A DNA stretch of 64,000 nucleotides from Abditibacterium sp. (GTDB lineage Bacteria; Armatimonadota; Abditibacteriia; Abditibacteriales; Abditibacteriaceae). Of the stretch, positions 8,853-18,099 are shown piece after piece. The stretch is from assembly GCA_965246885.1 (NCBI GenBank), contig OZ251992.1, forward strand, positions 1,664,001 through 1,728,000. Reading direction: 5' to 3'. The position numbers and the translations under genes are program-made. Each line of letters starts with the position of its first letter. The first letter of the stretch is position 1. The notes under the pieces are model-generated. The model was given only the letters and a program-made list of their open reading frames with translations. It did no database searches and was not told the origin of the DNA.

Positions 8853-8913
8853 GTTGCAAGCTACCTCCAAGGTGGCTGGGCCACAATGGGAGGTGAGCCA
8901 TTACACTCCCGGC

Positions 8914-9480
8914 ATGACCAAAAGTGTGTTTGCGCTCGCCATTCTCCTCGGCGCGCCGTGCCTGAGCCACGCCAAGCCGCGCTTATTGCAGCCGTCCGCG
9001 ACCACGCCGACGTTTAAAAGCGCCGCCGATGGATTCTCGATTTATTTTCCGTCCAAGCCCATGAAAAGCACGCGGGAGGAGGAGCTTGCGGGCCACAAAA
9101 TCCCGTTCCACATCGTTTCCGCACAGGCCAACGGCATGGCGTTCGTCGTGGTGTCCGCGCGCACCCCCGCCAACGTCAAAACTTCCTCCGCTTCGCGTCA
9201 ACTCGATTTTACGCAGCAAGGCTTCATGGCCCCGGCAAAAGGGGCCGGGTATTCACTATTGAGTCGCCAAGAGTTGCTGTTAGGCGCCGTTCCGGGGCGG
9301 GAACTCCTCATCAGCGCGCCAAGCAAGCCCAACCAAATCCGCGCTCGTTTGTTCTTCCAAGCGCCGATGTCGTATCAGGTGCTGGCCATTGTCCCGAAAA
9401 AAGCGACTGCCGCACAACGGGCGCAAGTCGTCCGCGTCCTCGATTCGTTCCGCATCGGCACAGTGGGCAAGGCCAACTGA
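8914..9480 (+). CDS. Secreted hypothetical protein (possibly PsbP/Mog1-like fold)
   Basis: Signal peptide MTKSVFALAILLGAPCLSHA; GFSIYFPSKP; TACACT 6 nt upstream. Confidence 0.6.
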   Translation: MTKSVFALAILLGAPCLSHAKPRLLQPSATTPTFKSAADGFSIYFPSKPMKSTREEELAGHKIPFHIVSAQANGMAFVVVSARTPANVKTSSASRQLDFTQQGFMAPAKGAGYSLLSRQELLLGAVPGRELLISAPSKPNQIRARLFFQAPMSYQVLAIVPKKATAAQRAQVVRVLDSFRIGTVGKAN

Positions 9481-9481
9481 A

Positions 9482-10159
9482 ATGCCCTCGACCGAGGAAC
9501 TCGTCGCCGAACTGATTAAGCGCGGCGCGACGATGGAGCAGGTCGCGCTTCTCAAAGACCCCGGCGCGAACACGCCCGACGAGGCGCTGCAACTGCTGCG
9601 CACGGGCAACGCGCGCTTCTTTTCGGGCCATCCCGAACGGGTTTTTACCGACGTGAACCAGCGCCGCGCGCAGATTATGGCGCAAACGCCTTTCGCCGCC
9701 ATCGTTGGTTGCGCCGATTCGCGCGTGCCGGTGGAAATCATCTTCGATCAAGGGCCGGGAGACATCTTTTCGATTCGCGTCGCGGGCCACGTCATTTCCC
9801 CCGGCGCGCTTGGAAGCGTGCAATACGCCATTGCTCACCTCAAGATTCACCTTGTTGTGGTGCTGGGCCACGAGGGTTGCGGCGCGGTGGCGGCGGCGAT
9901 GCACGGGGGCGACTTCACCCATGAGCCGTCGCACGTCCAGTTCCTGCTCGAAGCCATCGCGCCCGCGCTGCAAAACATCGGTAGCATCCGCGACCCCAAA
10001 GCGAGGATGCGCGAAGCGTGCGTTCTCAACGTGATGCACCAAAAAGCCTTGCTCGAAGCCGACCCTTTCATCAAGGCCGCCGTCGCGTCGGGCCGCTTGC
10101 AAGTCGTCGGCGCTTTCTACGAAATCGGAAGCGGCGCGGTGGATTTTTTGGAGGGGTAA
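9482..10159 (+). CDS. Beta-class carbonic anhydrase
   Basis: GNARF, CADSRV, RVAG, GHEGCGAV Zn ligands; start ATG 9482. Confidence 0.93.
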   Translation: MPSTEELVAELIKRGATMEQVALLKDPGANTPDEALQLLRTGNARFFSGHPERVFTDVNQRRAQIMAQTPFAAIVGCADSRVPVEIIFDQGPGDIFSIRVAGHVISPGALGSVQYAIAHLKIHLVVVLGHEGCGAVAAAMHGGDFTHEPSHVQFLLEAIAPALQNIGSIRDPKARMREACVLNVMHQKALLEADPFIKAAVASGRLQVVGAFYEIGSGAVDFLEG

Positions 10160-10195
10160 AGTCACAGCGCGTTGTCCCAGAGCATAATTTCAAGC

Positions 10196-10666
10196 ATGAA
10201 TCCCCGCGTTCTCGCCGAGTTTGTCAACCTCTTCTGCGCCGGTATCTTGGCGGGAATGGAAGTCGCCATTCACTTCGGCTTCCCGATGTCCGCCGAGTTT
10301 CTGGACGAGGAAGCGCAGCTTCGACTTCGCCAAGCCCTCGTCCTCCGCTTGCGCGTTTTGGTGCCGCTTTTCTTCGTCCCGACGGCGCTGTCAGCGTTGG
10401 CCGTTCTCGCGTTGAATAGGGCCGCGCCCGGTCTGTGGTTTCGGGGAACCGGAGCCGTTGCGCTCCTCGTTTGGATAGCGATCCGGGTCGTCGGCACCAT
10501 TCCCATCAACAGTGCGACGCTCGAATGGCCTCCCGACGCGCCGCCTAAGGACTGGAAGTCGCGGGTCAAGCACGCCGAGCGATTCCACAACGTCGGCGTC
10601 GCGGCGGCGGTGTTGGCCTTTGCGTGCTCCCTCGTCGCCGTCGCAGTACGGTTGGGCGGGGGATAA
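10196..10666 (+). CDS. DUF1772 / anthrone oxygenase-like membrane protein
   Basis: Four hydrophobic helices, PIN...W....PP.DW motif. Confidence 0.7.
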   Translation: MNPRVLAEFVNLFCAGILAGMEVAIHFGFPMSAEFLDEEAQLRLRQALVLRLRVLVPLFFVPTALSALAVLALNRAAPGLWFRGTGAVALLVWIAIRVVGTIPINSATLEWPPDAPPKDWKSRVKHAERFHNVGVAAAVLAFACSLVAVAVRLGGG

Positions 10667-10737
10667 AGAAAGGTGTCTCGCCGAAGGAAATTGCTACTTC
10701 TTTCGATAAAATAGGCCGAGCCTGACTTGCTAACGAA

Positions 10738-10886
10738 CTACCGCTCTGGCACAATCTCAAACGCGCCGCCATCGGCGAGGCGGTAGACGAAGAAGTCGGA
10801 ATCGAGGGTGAAGATGCGGTGGGTGCGGAGCGACTGGGCGACGACGACGAGCGAAGCGTCGGCCAAGTCCATTGGGTGTCGCGGTA
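10738..10886 (-). pseudogene. C-terminal remnant of a PIN-domain (VapC-like) toxin
   Basis: YRDT, then 1-nt frameshift, then PMDLADASLVVVAQSLRTHRIFTLDSDFFVYRLADGGAFEIVPER*; N-terminal two-thirds absent. Confidence 0.7.
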
Positions 10887-10894
10887 GCAACGGC

Positions 10895-11473
10895 TTAATT
10901 TTCCCTGCGCTCCATCTTCACCTGATACATGGCGTCGTCGGCGTGGCGCATGAGTTCTTACAGCGTGCCGCCGTCGTCGGGGTAGCAGGCGACGCCCAAG
11001 CTCAAACTCGCCACTATGGTCTGACCTTGCACTGGAAACGGTTGCTCCATGTGTTCCAACAAACGCTTGACGATGGACTCGACATAGGCAGGCCGCGTGT
11101 TATGGAGCAACAGGACAAACTCGTCGCCGCCCAAACGGGCCGCGAAATCGGGGGCGTGCAGAAAAGACGAAACCCGCTCTCCAACCGCTTTGAGCAATTC
11201 ATCACCCGCGTAGTGCCCCAACGTTTCGTTCACCATCTTGAATTTGTCGAGGTCGAAATAAAGGAGGGAGAAGCGTTGCTCGTGTCGCAGCAATTCTTCG
11301 GCTTCTTTGCCCAGACCATTCCGGTTCGCCAACTGAGTAAGCGGGTCGAGGTCGGCCAAGGAATCGAACGAACTTGGCACCTGTGCCAGAACGCGCACCT
11401 GTAGCCGTTTGCCGCGCAGTTCATCGGCGCGCGCTTCGATCTCTTCCCATGTGCCTTCGAGAATGGTTGCCAT
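10895..11473 (-). pseudogene. GGDEF diguanylate cyclase with in-frame TAA (10958-10960) and antitoxin-like N-terminus
   Basis: DPLTQLANR, DLDKFK.VNETLGH..GD, ARLGGDEF; after the stop the frame continues ELMRHADDAMYQVK to TAA at 10895. Confidence 0.8.
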
Positions 11474-11600
11474 GATGGGCAGAAGTTTATGGGGTTGGCG
11501 CCGATTAGAAAAAGAAAAGGCAGGCGAAAACGGGGGTTGGGGCACCGATATAGCGACGCGGGGCGGCGGCTTTGAAAAGAGAAGGCCAACACCCAACACC

Positions 11601-12533
11601 ATGTTTTTACGCATTGACAAACTGCCCGTCGAACTCCCGATGTCGCCGGACATCGACCCCGTTGCTGCGCGCAACGTGCAGGAACTGCTCGGCGGGCGCT
11701 TCGGCGAGATGTCCACGCTCCTGAACTACACCTTCCAGTCGTTCAACATGCGCGGACGCGATTCGATCAAGCCCTACTACTCGCTGATCTCCAACATCGC
11801 CGCCGAAGAGGGCGGGCACATCGAGATCGTGACGGCGGCCATCAACTCCCTCCTCAACGGCCCGCGCACCGAGTTCGACGACTCGCAAGACCCGCTCAGC
11901 GCGCCGTTCAAGAACCTGCCCGGTGGCGCGTTCGGCGGTCACTACATCGCGGCGGCGCAAACGGCGCTGCCCGTTGATTCGCGCGGGATGCCTTGGACGG
12001 GCGACAACGTGTTCTCGTCGGGCAACCTGATTCTCGACTTGCTCCACAACTTCTTCCTCGAAAACGGCGCGCGCACCCAGAAACTGCGCGTCTACGAGAT
12101 GACCGACAACCCGGCGGCGCGCGCCATGCTCGGCTACTTGTTCGTGCGCGGCGGCGTGCATGCGATGGCCTACGCCAAAGCCCTCGAAACCCTGACCGGC
12201 GTGAAGATGAGCGAGATGCTGCCCATCCCGAACATCCCCAACAAATACTTCCCCGAAGCGCGCAAGTTTCAGGAAGAAGGCTCGCACCTCAAGCTCTATC
12301 GCTTCTCGCCAGACGATTACAAGGACGCGGGCACCATTTGGAGCGGCCCCGCGCCCGAAGCCTACCACGAAAACGTCGGCGGCAAAACCGAGTTCGAGTT
12401 CATAGACGCCCCGCCCCAAGGCGGCGACCTCGCCCACCTCGCCGGTATCGCGTCGAGCTTTTCGCCCAACTACGCGCCCGAAGAAATCATGGAAATCGCC
12501 ACCAAGCTGTATAACAAGGCGAAGGACAAGTAG
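11601..12533 (+). CDS. Manganese catalase family protein
   Basis: QELLGGRFGEMST, IAAEEGGHIE, HNFFLENGAR, RGGVHAMAYAKALE. Confidence 0.9.
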   Translation: MFLRIDKLPVELPMSPDIDPVAARNVQELLGGRFGEMSTLLNYTFQSFNMRGRDSIKPYYSLISNIAAEEGGHIEIVTAAINSLLNGPRTEFDDSQDPLSAPFKNLPGGAFGGHYIAAAQTALPVDSRGMPWTGDNVFSSGNLILDLLHNFFLENGARTQKLRVYEMTDNPAARAMLGYLFVRGGVHAMAYAKALETLTGVKMSEMLPIPNIPNKYFPEARKFQEEGSHLKLYRFSPDDYKDAGTIWSGPAPEAYHENVGGKTEFEFIDAPPQGGDLAHLAGIASSFSPNYAPEEIMEIATKLYNKAKDK

Positions 12534-12546
12534 CTCTTGAATCTAT

Positions 12547-12581
12547 AAAAGCCCGCCGCGAACTGTTCGCGGCGGGCTTTT
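12547..12581 (+). terminator. Intrinsic terminator
   Basis: aaaagcccgccgcgaa...ttcgcggcgggctttt. Confidence 0.8.
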
Positions 12582-12598
12582 GCTTCAAACTGTAGCGC

Positions 12599-13231
12599 AT
12601 GACGAACTGGCAGGAGGAAGTCGAGGAGTTCCGCGCGTGGGCGAAGGATCAAATCCAGATCGCCGAGTGGGAGTGCAATTACGACGAGTGGGCGCCAATC
12701 TATGAAGGCGTGGCCGAGTTCTTGAGAGAGTTGGAGCCACACGGCTGGACGAGCCGACAGACCGACGACTTACTGTATATTTTGGCGCGTGATTGGGAGT
12801 GTGCCATCATCTCCGATGGGTTGCGCCCAAACCATGCGGAGGCCACTTTCCATTTGGCATCAAAAAGTTTGGAGAACAGCGACTTCGATGCGCGCTGGCA
12901 ACTCGCCAACACCTTGGGGTATTTGATGCCGGACGAGCGTGTCGAGCCGCTTCTGCTGCGTTTCGCGGATGACGAAGAAGAGTATGTTCGCCGCCGCGCG
13001 CTTCAATCGCTGACACGCATTGGGTCACAACACGTCGAGCGACTGGCCCTTCGGGAGTGGGCGCGCGAAGACGAAAATCAGCAATGGGCGCGTATGAGCG
13101 CCCTAATGTGTTGGCACCATATTAACTCGCCCCTCATGGAATCACATCTGCGCGAAGCCGAAGCCTCCGGCATGGAATACCTGCCGGATTATGCACGCCG
13201 CCTGCGAAATGGCGAGATCGAGCCGCTCTAA
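12599..13231 (+). CDS. HEAT-repeat domain protein
   Basis: DARWQLANTLG...LLRFADDEEEYVRRRALQSL. Confidence 0.75.
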   Translation: MTNWQEEVEEFRAWAKDQIQIAEWECNYDEWAPIYEGVAEFLRELEPHGWTSRQTDDLLYILARDWECAIISDGLRPNHAEATFHLASKSLENSDFDARWQLANTLGYLMPDERVEPLLLRFADDEEEYVRRRALQSLTRIGSQHVERLALREWAREDENQQWARMSALMCWHHINSPLMESHLREAEASGMEYLPDYARRLRNGEIEPL

Positions 13232-13243
13232 AACCCGCCCGAT

Positions 13244-13572
13244 TCATTTCGCGGCGGCCCTTCGTTTATTCGGCGGGCGGCGTCCCCGGCTCGCTCGCCT
13301 TAGGGGGCGTCCGCCTTTTTGTCCGTTGGCGCGGGCGGCGGCGGTTTTGGCTTCGCTTGTGATGGCGCCGATTTGGGCCATGTGCGCGCGGTGCGTTTTC
13401 AGGCCGGTGATGCGTTCGATGAGGCCCGTTACGAGGAAATCCTCGTTCGCTTTGCGCCAGATACGGACAGGGTGGCGCCTTCGATGGCGGTGCCCGCGAG
13501 GGAAAGATGCAAAACGCCGTTCTTGTGGCGCGCGGCGCTGACTTTGGGCTTATTGGAAGGTAATTGCGTCAT
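13244..13572 (-). pseudogene. Frameshifted, shortened DUF2442-like antitoxin
   Basis: MTQLPSNKPKVSAARHKNGVLHLSL... then frame change near 13460-13470 to IWRKANEDFLVTGLI...IGAITSEAKTAAARANGQKGGRP. Confidence 0.6.
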
Positions 13573-13632
13573 GCTGATTGGTCGCCCTCTAACCAACACG
13601 TTTAGATTCGGCAGAGGTGCCACACTGTAAAG

Positions 13633-14073
13633 GTGCGTCGCCATAATCTCGGTTTAATGTGGGGGCTGGTGGCCATCTGCTTTGTGTTTTGCGGGGCGGT
13701 GGTTTTCTCGGTGCGGCAAGCGCGCGGCGATTCGGCGCGGGCGCATGAAGCGGCGAGTGCCTTTTATGCGCTGATGCAACACCGCGACTTTGCGGGTGCG
13801 CGGGCGATGCTGTCGCGCGAGCGGCAGGGCGTGTTAACTACCCAAACCCTCGCGCAAACGTGGGACAGGTTCGAGGCGAAGCATGGGACGCTCACGAAAT
13901 GGGAATTAGCGCGCACGCCAACGGTCTATGGCAACCGCGTTTCCATTTTCCCGCGCTACGTCGAAGAGTCGCGCCTCCTGAGCGGTACCAAAGGCGACCC
14001 CGGCGCGGGATTGCTCCAACTGCGGCCAGAGGATGGCACATGGAAAGTCGCCCGCGTTTCGATTGTGCCCTAA
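13633..14073 (+). CDS. Membrane-anchored hypothetical protein (NTF2/DUF3887-like)
   Basis: N-terminal TM; A..FY..M...DF..A..MLS and EDGTWKV patterns. Confidence 0.6.
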   Translation: MRRHNLGLMWGLVAICFVFCGAVVFSVRQARGDSARAHEAASAFYALMQHRDFAGARAMLSRERQGVLTTQTLAQTWDRFEAKHGTLTKWELARTPTVYGNRVSIFPRYVEESRLLSGTKGDPGAGLLQLRPEDGTWKVARVSIVP

Positions 14074-14079
14074 TCCCCC

Positions 14080-14694
14080 ATGACGACGCTTTCGTGGCTC
14101 GATACAATTGGGGTGGCGGTGTTCGCGGTGTCGGGCGTGTTGGGCGCGGCGCGCAAGCGGCTCGATTTGTTTGGCGCGCTGTCGGTCGCGTTCATTTGCG
14201 CGCTGGGCGGCGGGACGCTGCGCGACTTGCTCTTAGGAATTAGGCCCGTCGGCTGGATTCGCAACCCCACTCCGGCGCTGATTGCCCTTGGAAGCGCGGC
14301 GCTCGCGTTTGTTCTGCTGCGCTTTGTGGCGTTGCCGAGGCGTTTGATGTTGGTGTTGGACGCGCTCGGCTTGGGCGTGTTCGCCGTCTTGGGAGCGGCG
14401 AAGTCGCTCGACGCGGGTGCGTCTATTCTGGTGGCTTCGATTTTGGGCGCGCTGTCGGGCGCGGCGGGCGGGGCGATGCGCGACGTGTTATGCGGCGATG
14501 TGCCGCTCGTGCTGCGCGCGGACATCTACGCGACGGCGGCGCTTGTCGGGGCGCTCGCGTTTTGTCTGTTGCATCGGTGGGGCGTCCCGCGCGAGGCGGC
14601 GCTGTGGGGCGGAGCGATGCTCTGCTTTGGGCTGCGGCTGGCGGCGATCCGATGGAAGCTGGAGCTACCCCGCGCACGGGAGAAGATGGATTAG
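14080..14694 (+). CDS. TRIC/UPF0126 (YicG/YadS-like) membrane protein
   Basis: LDTIGVAVFAVSG, GGGTLRDLLLG, DALGLGVF, GGAMRDVL, IYATAAL. Confidence 0.9.
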   Translation: MTTLSWLDTIGVAVFAVSGVLGAARKRLDLFGALSVAFICALGGGTLRDLLLGIRPVGWIRNPTPALIALGSAALAFVLLRFVALPRRLMLVLDALGLGVFAVLGAAKSLDAGASILVASILGALSGAAGGAMRDVLCGDVPLVLRADIYATAALVGALAFCLLHRWGVPREAALWGGAMLCFGLRLAAIRWKLELPRAREKMD

Positions 14695-14706
14695 GAACGA
14701 ACGCCG

Positions 14707-14973
14707 CTACCCCCGTACGCGCACCCGCTTGTTCGGGTCTAGCTTGCGAACCCACGCCAGAAAGCGCGCCATGCGCGGCTCGTCGCGTAGGCGTTCGAGG
14801 GTGTTGTATTCGTCTCTTAGCTGCGCGAGCGAGAAGAGCGCGTGGATTTGGCGGTGGCACGGCCAGCAGATGCAAATGGTCGGCGTGGTTTCGCCGCGTT
14901 TCAACTTCGAGCGCGGCGTGAGATGGTGCTCCGTCAGCTTGTCCACGTCGCGGCGGCACAGTTCGCAGGTCAC
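14707..14973 (-). CDS. Small HNH-like (YisB-type) protein
   Basis: CELCRR...LTEHHLTPR...C.PCHRQIH.LFS..L...YNTLE.L; start uncertain (GTG 14973 or 15000). Confidence 0.75.
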   Translation of the reverse strand: MTCELCRRDVDKLTEHHLTPRSKLKRGETTPTICICWPCHRQIHALFSLAQLRDEYNTLERLRDEPRMARFLAWVRKLDPNKRVRVRG

Positions 14974-15015
14974 GCCCGCTCGCCCCTGCCAATTGCGCAC
15001 CGACGGGCGCCCTTG

Positions 15016-15270
15016 TCACCACAACAGGCTGGATAAGTCAATGGCTGCGATGTCCATCTCGACCGTTGCAAATACATCGAACGGCTCCTCATCGAACGGA
15101 CTGGGCGCCGGGGCGAAGCTGATGGTCGTCGCTTTCACTTCCATAATCCACCCCTCGTAATAGCTCCGCTTCGGATCAATTTCGGGCTTCAAGCGAAAGC
15201 ACTGGTGGCCTTCTTCCTCGCTGAGTCGGAGCAACATCTGGCGGGCGTGGGCGAGTTCGTCGGGGTTCAT
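15016..15270 (-). CDS. Hypothetical protein
   Basis: Short ORF with coding-like composition filling the gap after yvcK. Confidence 0.45.
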   Translation of the reverse strand: MNPDELAHARQMLLRLSEEEGHQCFRLKPEIDPKRSYYEGWIMEVKATTISFAPAPSPFDEEPFDVFATVEMDIAAIDLSSLLW

Positions 15271-15312
15271 GGCAGAAGCGGGTAGAAACACCGGTCTTTC
15301 GCTTGTTCCTTT

Positions 15313-16617
15313 CTAAATCCGTGCCGCGATGCGGAAGATGGCTGCCGCCAGTTTGCCGGGATGGTGGCGCACGACGTTCGAGACATCTATGAAGGGGCCG
15401 TGAATGGCGCGCACGCCCATCATCTCAATTTCTGTTTCGTCGGGAGCAATATAGTCGGAGCCAATCGCGGCGTAGCGGGCGAGGGTTTCATCGGGCACGC
15501 GGGCCGAGTTGAGCAAGACGTGCGTTACCACACCGGCCCCGATGTGGCGGATAATGGCGCGCACGTGGTCTGCCGCGCTAAAGCCGCACGTTTCTTCGGG
15601 CTGCGTCATGACGTTACAGACGTAGATTTTCGGCGCGTCGCTGGCTTTAATGGCAGCAGCGATTTCGGGGACGAGCAGGTTGGGAATGATGCTTGTAAAC
15701 AGCGACCCCGGCCCGATGATGATCACTTCGGCTTCCTCAATCGCTTTGACAGCGCCGGGCAGGGCTTTGGGGTTGTCCGGCACCAAAAAGGCGCGGGCAA
15801 TGTCACGCGACTGGTTGACGTTCACCTGCCCCGACACCAATGTTCCATTGTGCAACTCCGCTCCCAAGCGGACGTCGTCGAGCGTCGAAGGCAGCACTTG
15901 GCCGCGAATAGCGAGCACCTTGGACACCTCGCGCACCGCCATGCCAAAGTCGCCGGTCTTCTCGAACATTGCCGCCATGAACAGGTTGCCCAGCGAGTGC
16001 CCTTGCAGTTCGCCCAAGCCCTTGAAGCGGTATTGAAAGAGGTCGGTCATCAGTGGCTCGGCTTCGGCCAGAGCCGCGATACAGTTGCGCAGGTCGCCCG
16101 GTGGGAGCATGCCGTGCTCGCGCAGTTTGCCGGTCGAGCCACCGTCGTCGGCCATCGTTACGATTGCCGTGATGTTGCTCGAATGTTCCTTGAGGCCGCG
16201 CAGCATGGTCGAAAGCCCCGTCCCGCCGCCCAGCGCGACGACCCGCTCGGCGGAATCGAGCCGCTTGCGCGAGCGCGCCACGTCCAAAAAGTCGCGCCGC
16301 GTTTCTTTGGCATAAACGCGCTCGACTGCCTTAAACACGCCGCGCACCCCGACGACGATGGCGACCACGCCAAAGGTGAGAAACATCGTCCCAAGCGCGA
16401 CGGTGTCCAGAAAGCGCCCCGATAGCTTGTCCAGAGCAGATACGACGCCCAGCGAAAAGTCAAGCGCCACAAACGCAAACGCCAGCGCCGCGCCCAAAAT
16501 GACCAGCACGATCCCCACAACGGTAAGCAGCGCCCACCGTTTGAGGCCCAAGCCCAAGGCAAACCAGCCGAGGAACGCCGGACGTGCGTTCGCAGATGGC
16601 AAAGCGAAGCGTTTCAT
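15313..16617 (-). CDS. yvcK: YvcK/GlmR family UDP-GlcNAc-binding protein with N-terminal TM segments
   Basis: ALGGGTGLS, ADDGGSTG.LR, PPGDLRNC, GHSLGNL, GPGSLFTS; ATG overlaps rapZ stop. Confidence 0.92.
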   Translation of the reverse strand: MKRFALPSANARPAFLGWFALGLGLKRWALLTVVGIVLVILGAALAFAFVALDFSLGVVSALDKLSGRFLDTVALGTMFLTFGVVAIVVGVRGVFKAVERVYAKETRRDFLDVARSRKRLDSAERVVALGGGTGLSTMLRGLKEHSSNITAIVTMADDGGSTGKLREHGMLPPGDLRNCIAALAEAEPLMTDLFQYRFKGLGELQGHSLGNLFMAAMFEKTGDFGMAVREVSKVLAIRGQVLPSTLDDVRLGAELHNGTLVSGQVNVNQSRDIARAFLVPDNPKALPGAVKAIEEAEVIIIGPGSLFTSIIPNLLVPEIAAAIKASDAPKIYVCNVMTQPEETCGFSAADHVRAIIRHIGAGVVTHVLLNSARVPDETLARYAAIGSDYIAPDETEIEMMGVRAIHGPFIDVSNVVRHHPGKLAAAIFRIAARI

Positions 16618-17582
16618 TGCGCCTCGTCCGCTCCAGGGACAAGGCGCGGCGACTCGAACATCTGACTCTGCGGCGCTTCTATACTCTCCGCGCGGAGCGC
16701 GGGGAGCGCAGGAACAGGCGCCCCGCTTTGCGCGCCGCGCACGAGGTCGCGGTGCGAGACCTGCACCCGAAATCCCAGACTTTGCAGCCACTCGCCCAGC
16801 CAGTTCGACAGCGCGACGCTCCGGTGCCGCCCCCCGGTGCAACCGACCGCAATCGTGAGATACGCCTTGCCCTCGCCCGCGAATTGCGGCACCACAAAGC
16901 GGAGGAAGTCCTGCCAATGGGTCAGAAACTCCTGTGTCACCGGCTCGCGCATCACGTAATCTATCACGGGCGCCTCGAAACCGTCCAGATGCCCGATATC
17001 CCGGTCGTAGTTGGGGTTGGGCAAAAAGCGCACGTCGAACACCATGTCGGCTGAGGCGTGCGGCCCGTGCTTGAAGCCGAAGCTCTCGACTTGCACGAGC
17101 ATCCCCGTTTCCGTATCGCCCGCAACAAAAGTGCGCTCGATTTCGGCCCGCAGTTCGCGCGGCGTCACGCGGCTGGTGTTAATCACCTTATCGGCGCGCT
17201 CGCGGAACGGAACGAGCAGTTCGCGCTCCCGCTCGATGGCTTCGCGCAGGCCACAACCATCGTCAAGCGGGTGCTTGCGCCGCGTTTCCTGAAAGCGTTT
17301 GAGAAGCGCCGCGTCATCGCAGTCGAGGAACAACGTTTGAATCCCCAGCGCCCGCGCGCTTAGTTCATCGAGCGCCGCGAGTAGTTCGGGGAAGAACTCG
17401 CCGCCGCGCACGTCCACCACCAAGGCTGCTTTGCCTATTTTGCCGCGTTCGAGCAGTTCCGCAAATGAGGCGATGAGCATGGGCGGCAGGTTGTCCACGC
17501 AAAAAAAGCCGAAGTCCTCGAAGTGGCGCGTCGCCAAGCCTTTGCCTGCGCCCGAAAGTCCCGTGATAACGATGAGTTGCAT
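16614..17582 (-). CDS. rapZ: RNase adapter RapZ (YvcJ)
   Basis: ITGLSGAGK, CVDNLP, SFGFKHG, DVRFLPNP, GCTGGRHRSV. Confidence 0.95.
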   Translation of the reverse strand: MQLIVITGLSGAGKGLATRHFEDFGFFCVDNLPPMLIASFAELLERGKIGKAALVVDVRGGEFFPELLAALDELSARALGIQTLFLDCDDAALLKRFQETRRKHPLDDGCGLREAIERERELLVPFRERADKVINTSRVTPRELRAEIERTFVAGDTETGMLVQVESFGFKHGPHASADMVFDVRFLPNPNYDRDIGHLDGFEAPVIDYVMREPVTQEFLTHWQDFLRFVVPQFAGEGKAYLTIAVGCTGGRHRSVALSNWLGEWLQSLGFRVQVSHRDLVRGAQSGAPVPALPALRAESIEAPQSQMFESPRLVPGADEAQ

Positions 17583-17597
17583 GAAAGAAGGGGAACC

Positions 17598-18008
17598 CTA
17601 CCGCCGCCTTGCGCTCCTTTTGCCCGACCCCTGCGTAAGCGCCGACGTGACGGCGTTCACCAAACTTAAAACAATTGTCCCCACGACCGCCGCGCCAAAA
17701 GTGTGGACTTGAAAACCCGACAGCGACCGCCCCACCACCCAAAACAGCGCGCCGTTAATCAATACCGACAGCGCCAAACTCCACAAGCCGAGCGTTAGAC
17801 ACGAAAGCGGTAGCGTCAGCGCGCCCAGCACCGCTTCCAAGATCGGCTTGACGAGCGCGTTCGCCAAGCCCAGCACAAGCGCGGCGACAGCCGCGCCCGC
17901 GAAACCGTGCACGGCGATCTGCCCGCCCGACGCGCCCGCCAGAAAAAGCAGCGTCGCGGCAGAGACTCCTAATCGAATCAAGAAACCAATCATGCCATCC
18001 GCGCGCAT
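17598..18008 (-). CDS. YvlD/DUF360 (phage holin 4 family) membrane protein
   Basis: LGLANALVKPIL..LTLPL..LTLGL...ING; usual rapZ-yvcK neighbour. Confidence 0.85.
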   Translation of the reverse strand: MRADGMIGFLIRLGVSAATLLFLAGASGGQIAVHGFAGAAVAALVLGLANALVKPILEAVLGALTLPLSCLTLGLWSLALSVLINGALFWVVGRSLSGFQVHTFGAAVVGTIVLSLVNAVTSALTQGSGKRSARRR

Positions 18009-18099
18009 ACGGCGCGCGGAGAGTATAAATTGCGGCGAGGCGCCCCCGCCCGTTTTCTAACCCTCCTCTGGCCCCCGATTTGAAACCTTCGCCCGCATT

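Noticed and set aside
14707..15270. Stop-codon read-through fusing the 15016-15270 ORF to the in-frame HNH gene
   Set aside because: Being in frame has a one-in-three chance, the HNH protein is complete alone, and no recoding signal is visible.
17598..18008. Holin-family gene as evidence of a prophage
   Set aside because: It is the YvlD-type gene normally found with rapZ-yvcK, and no phage genes are nearby.
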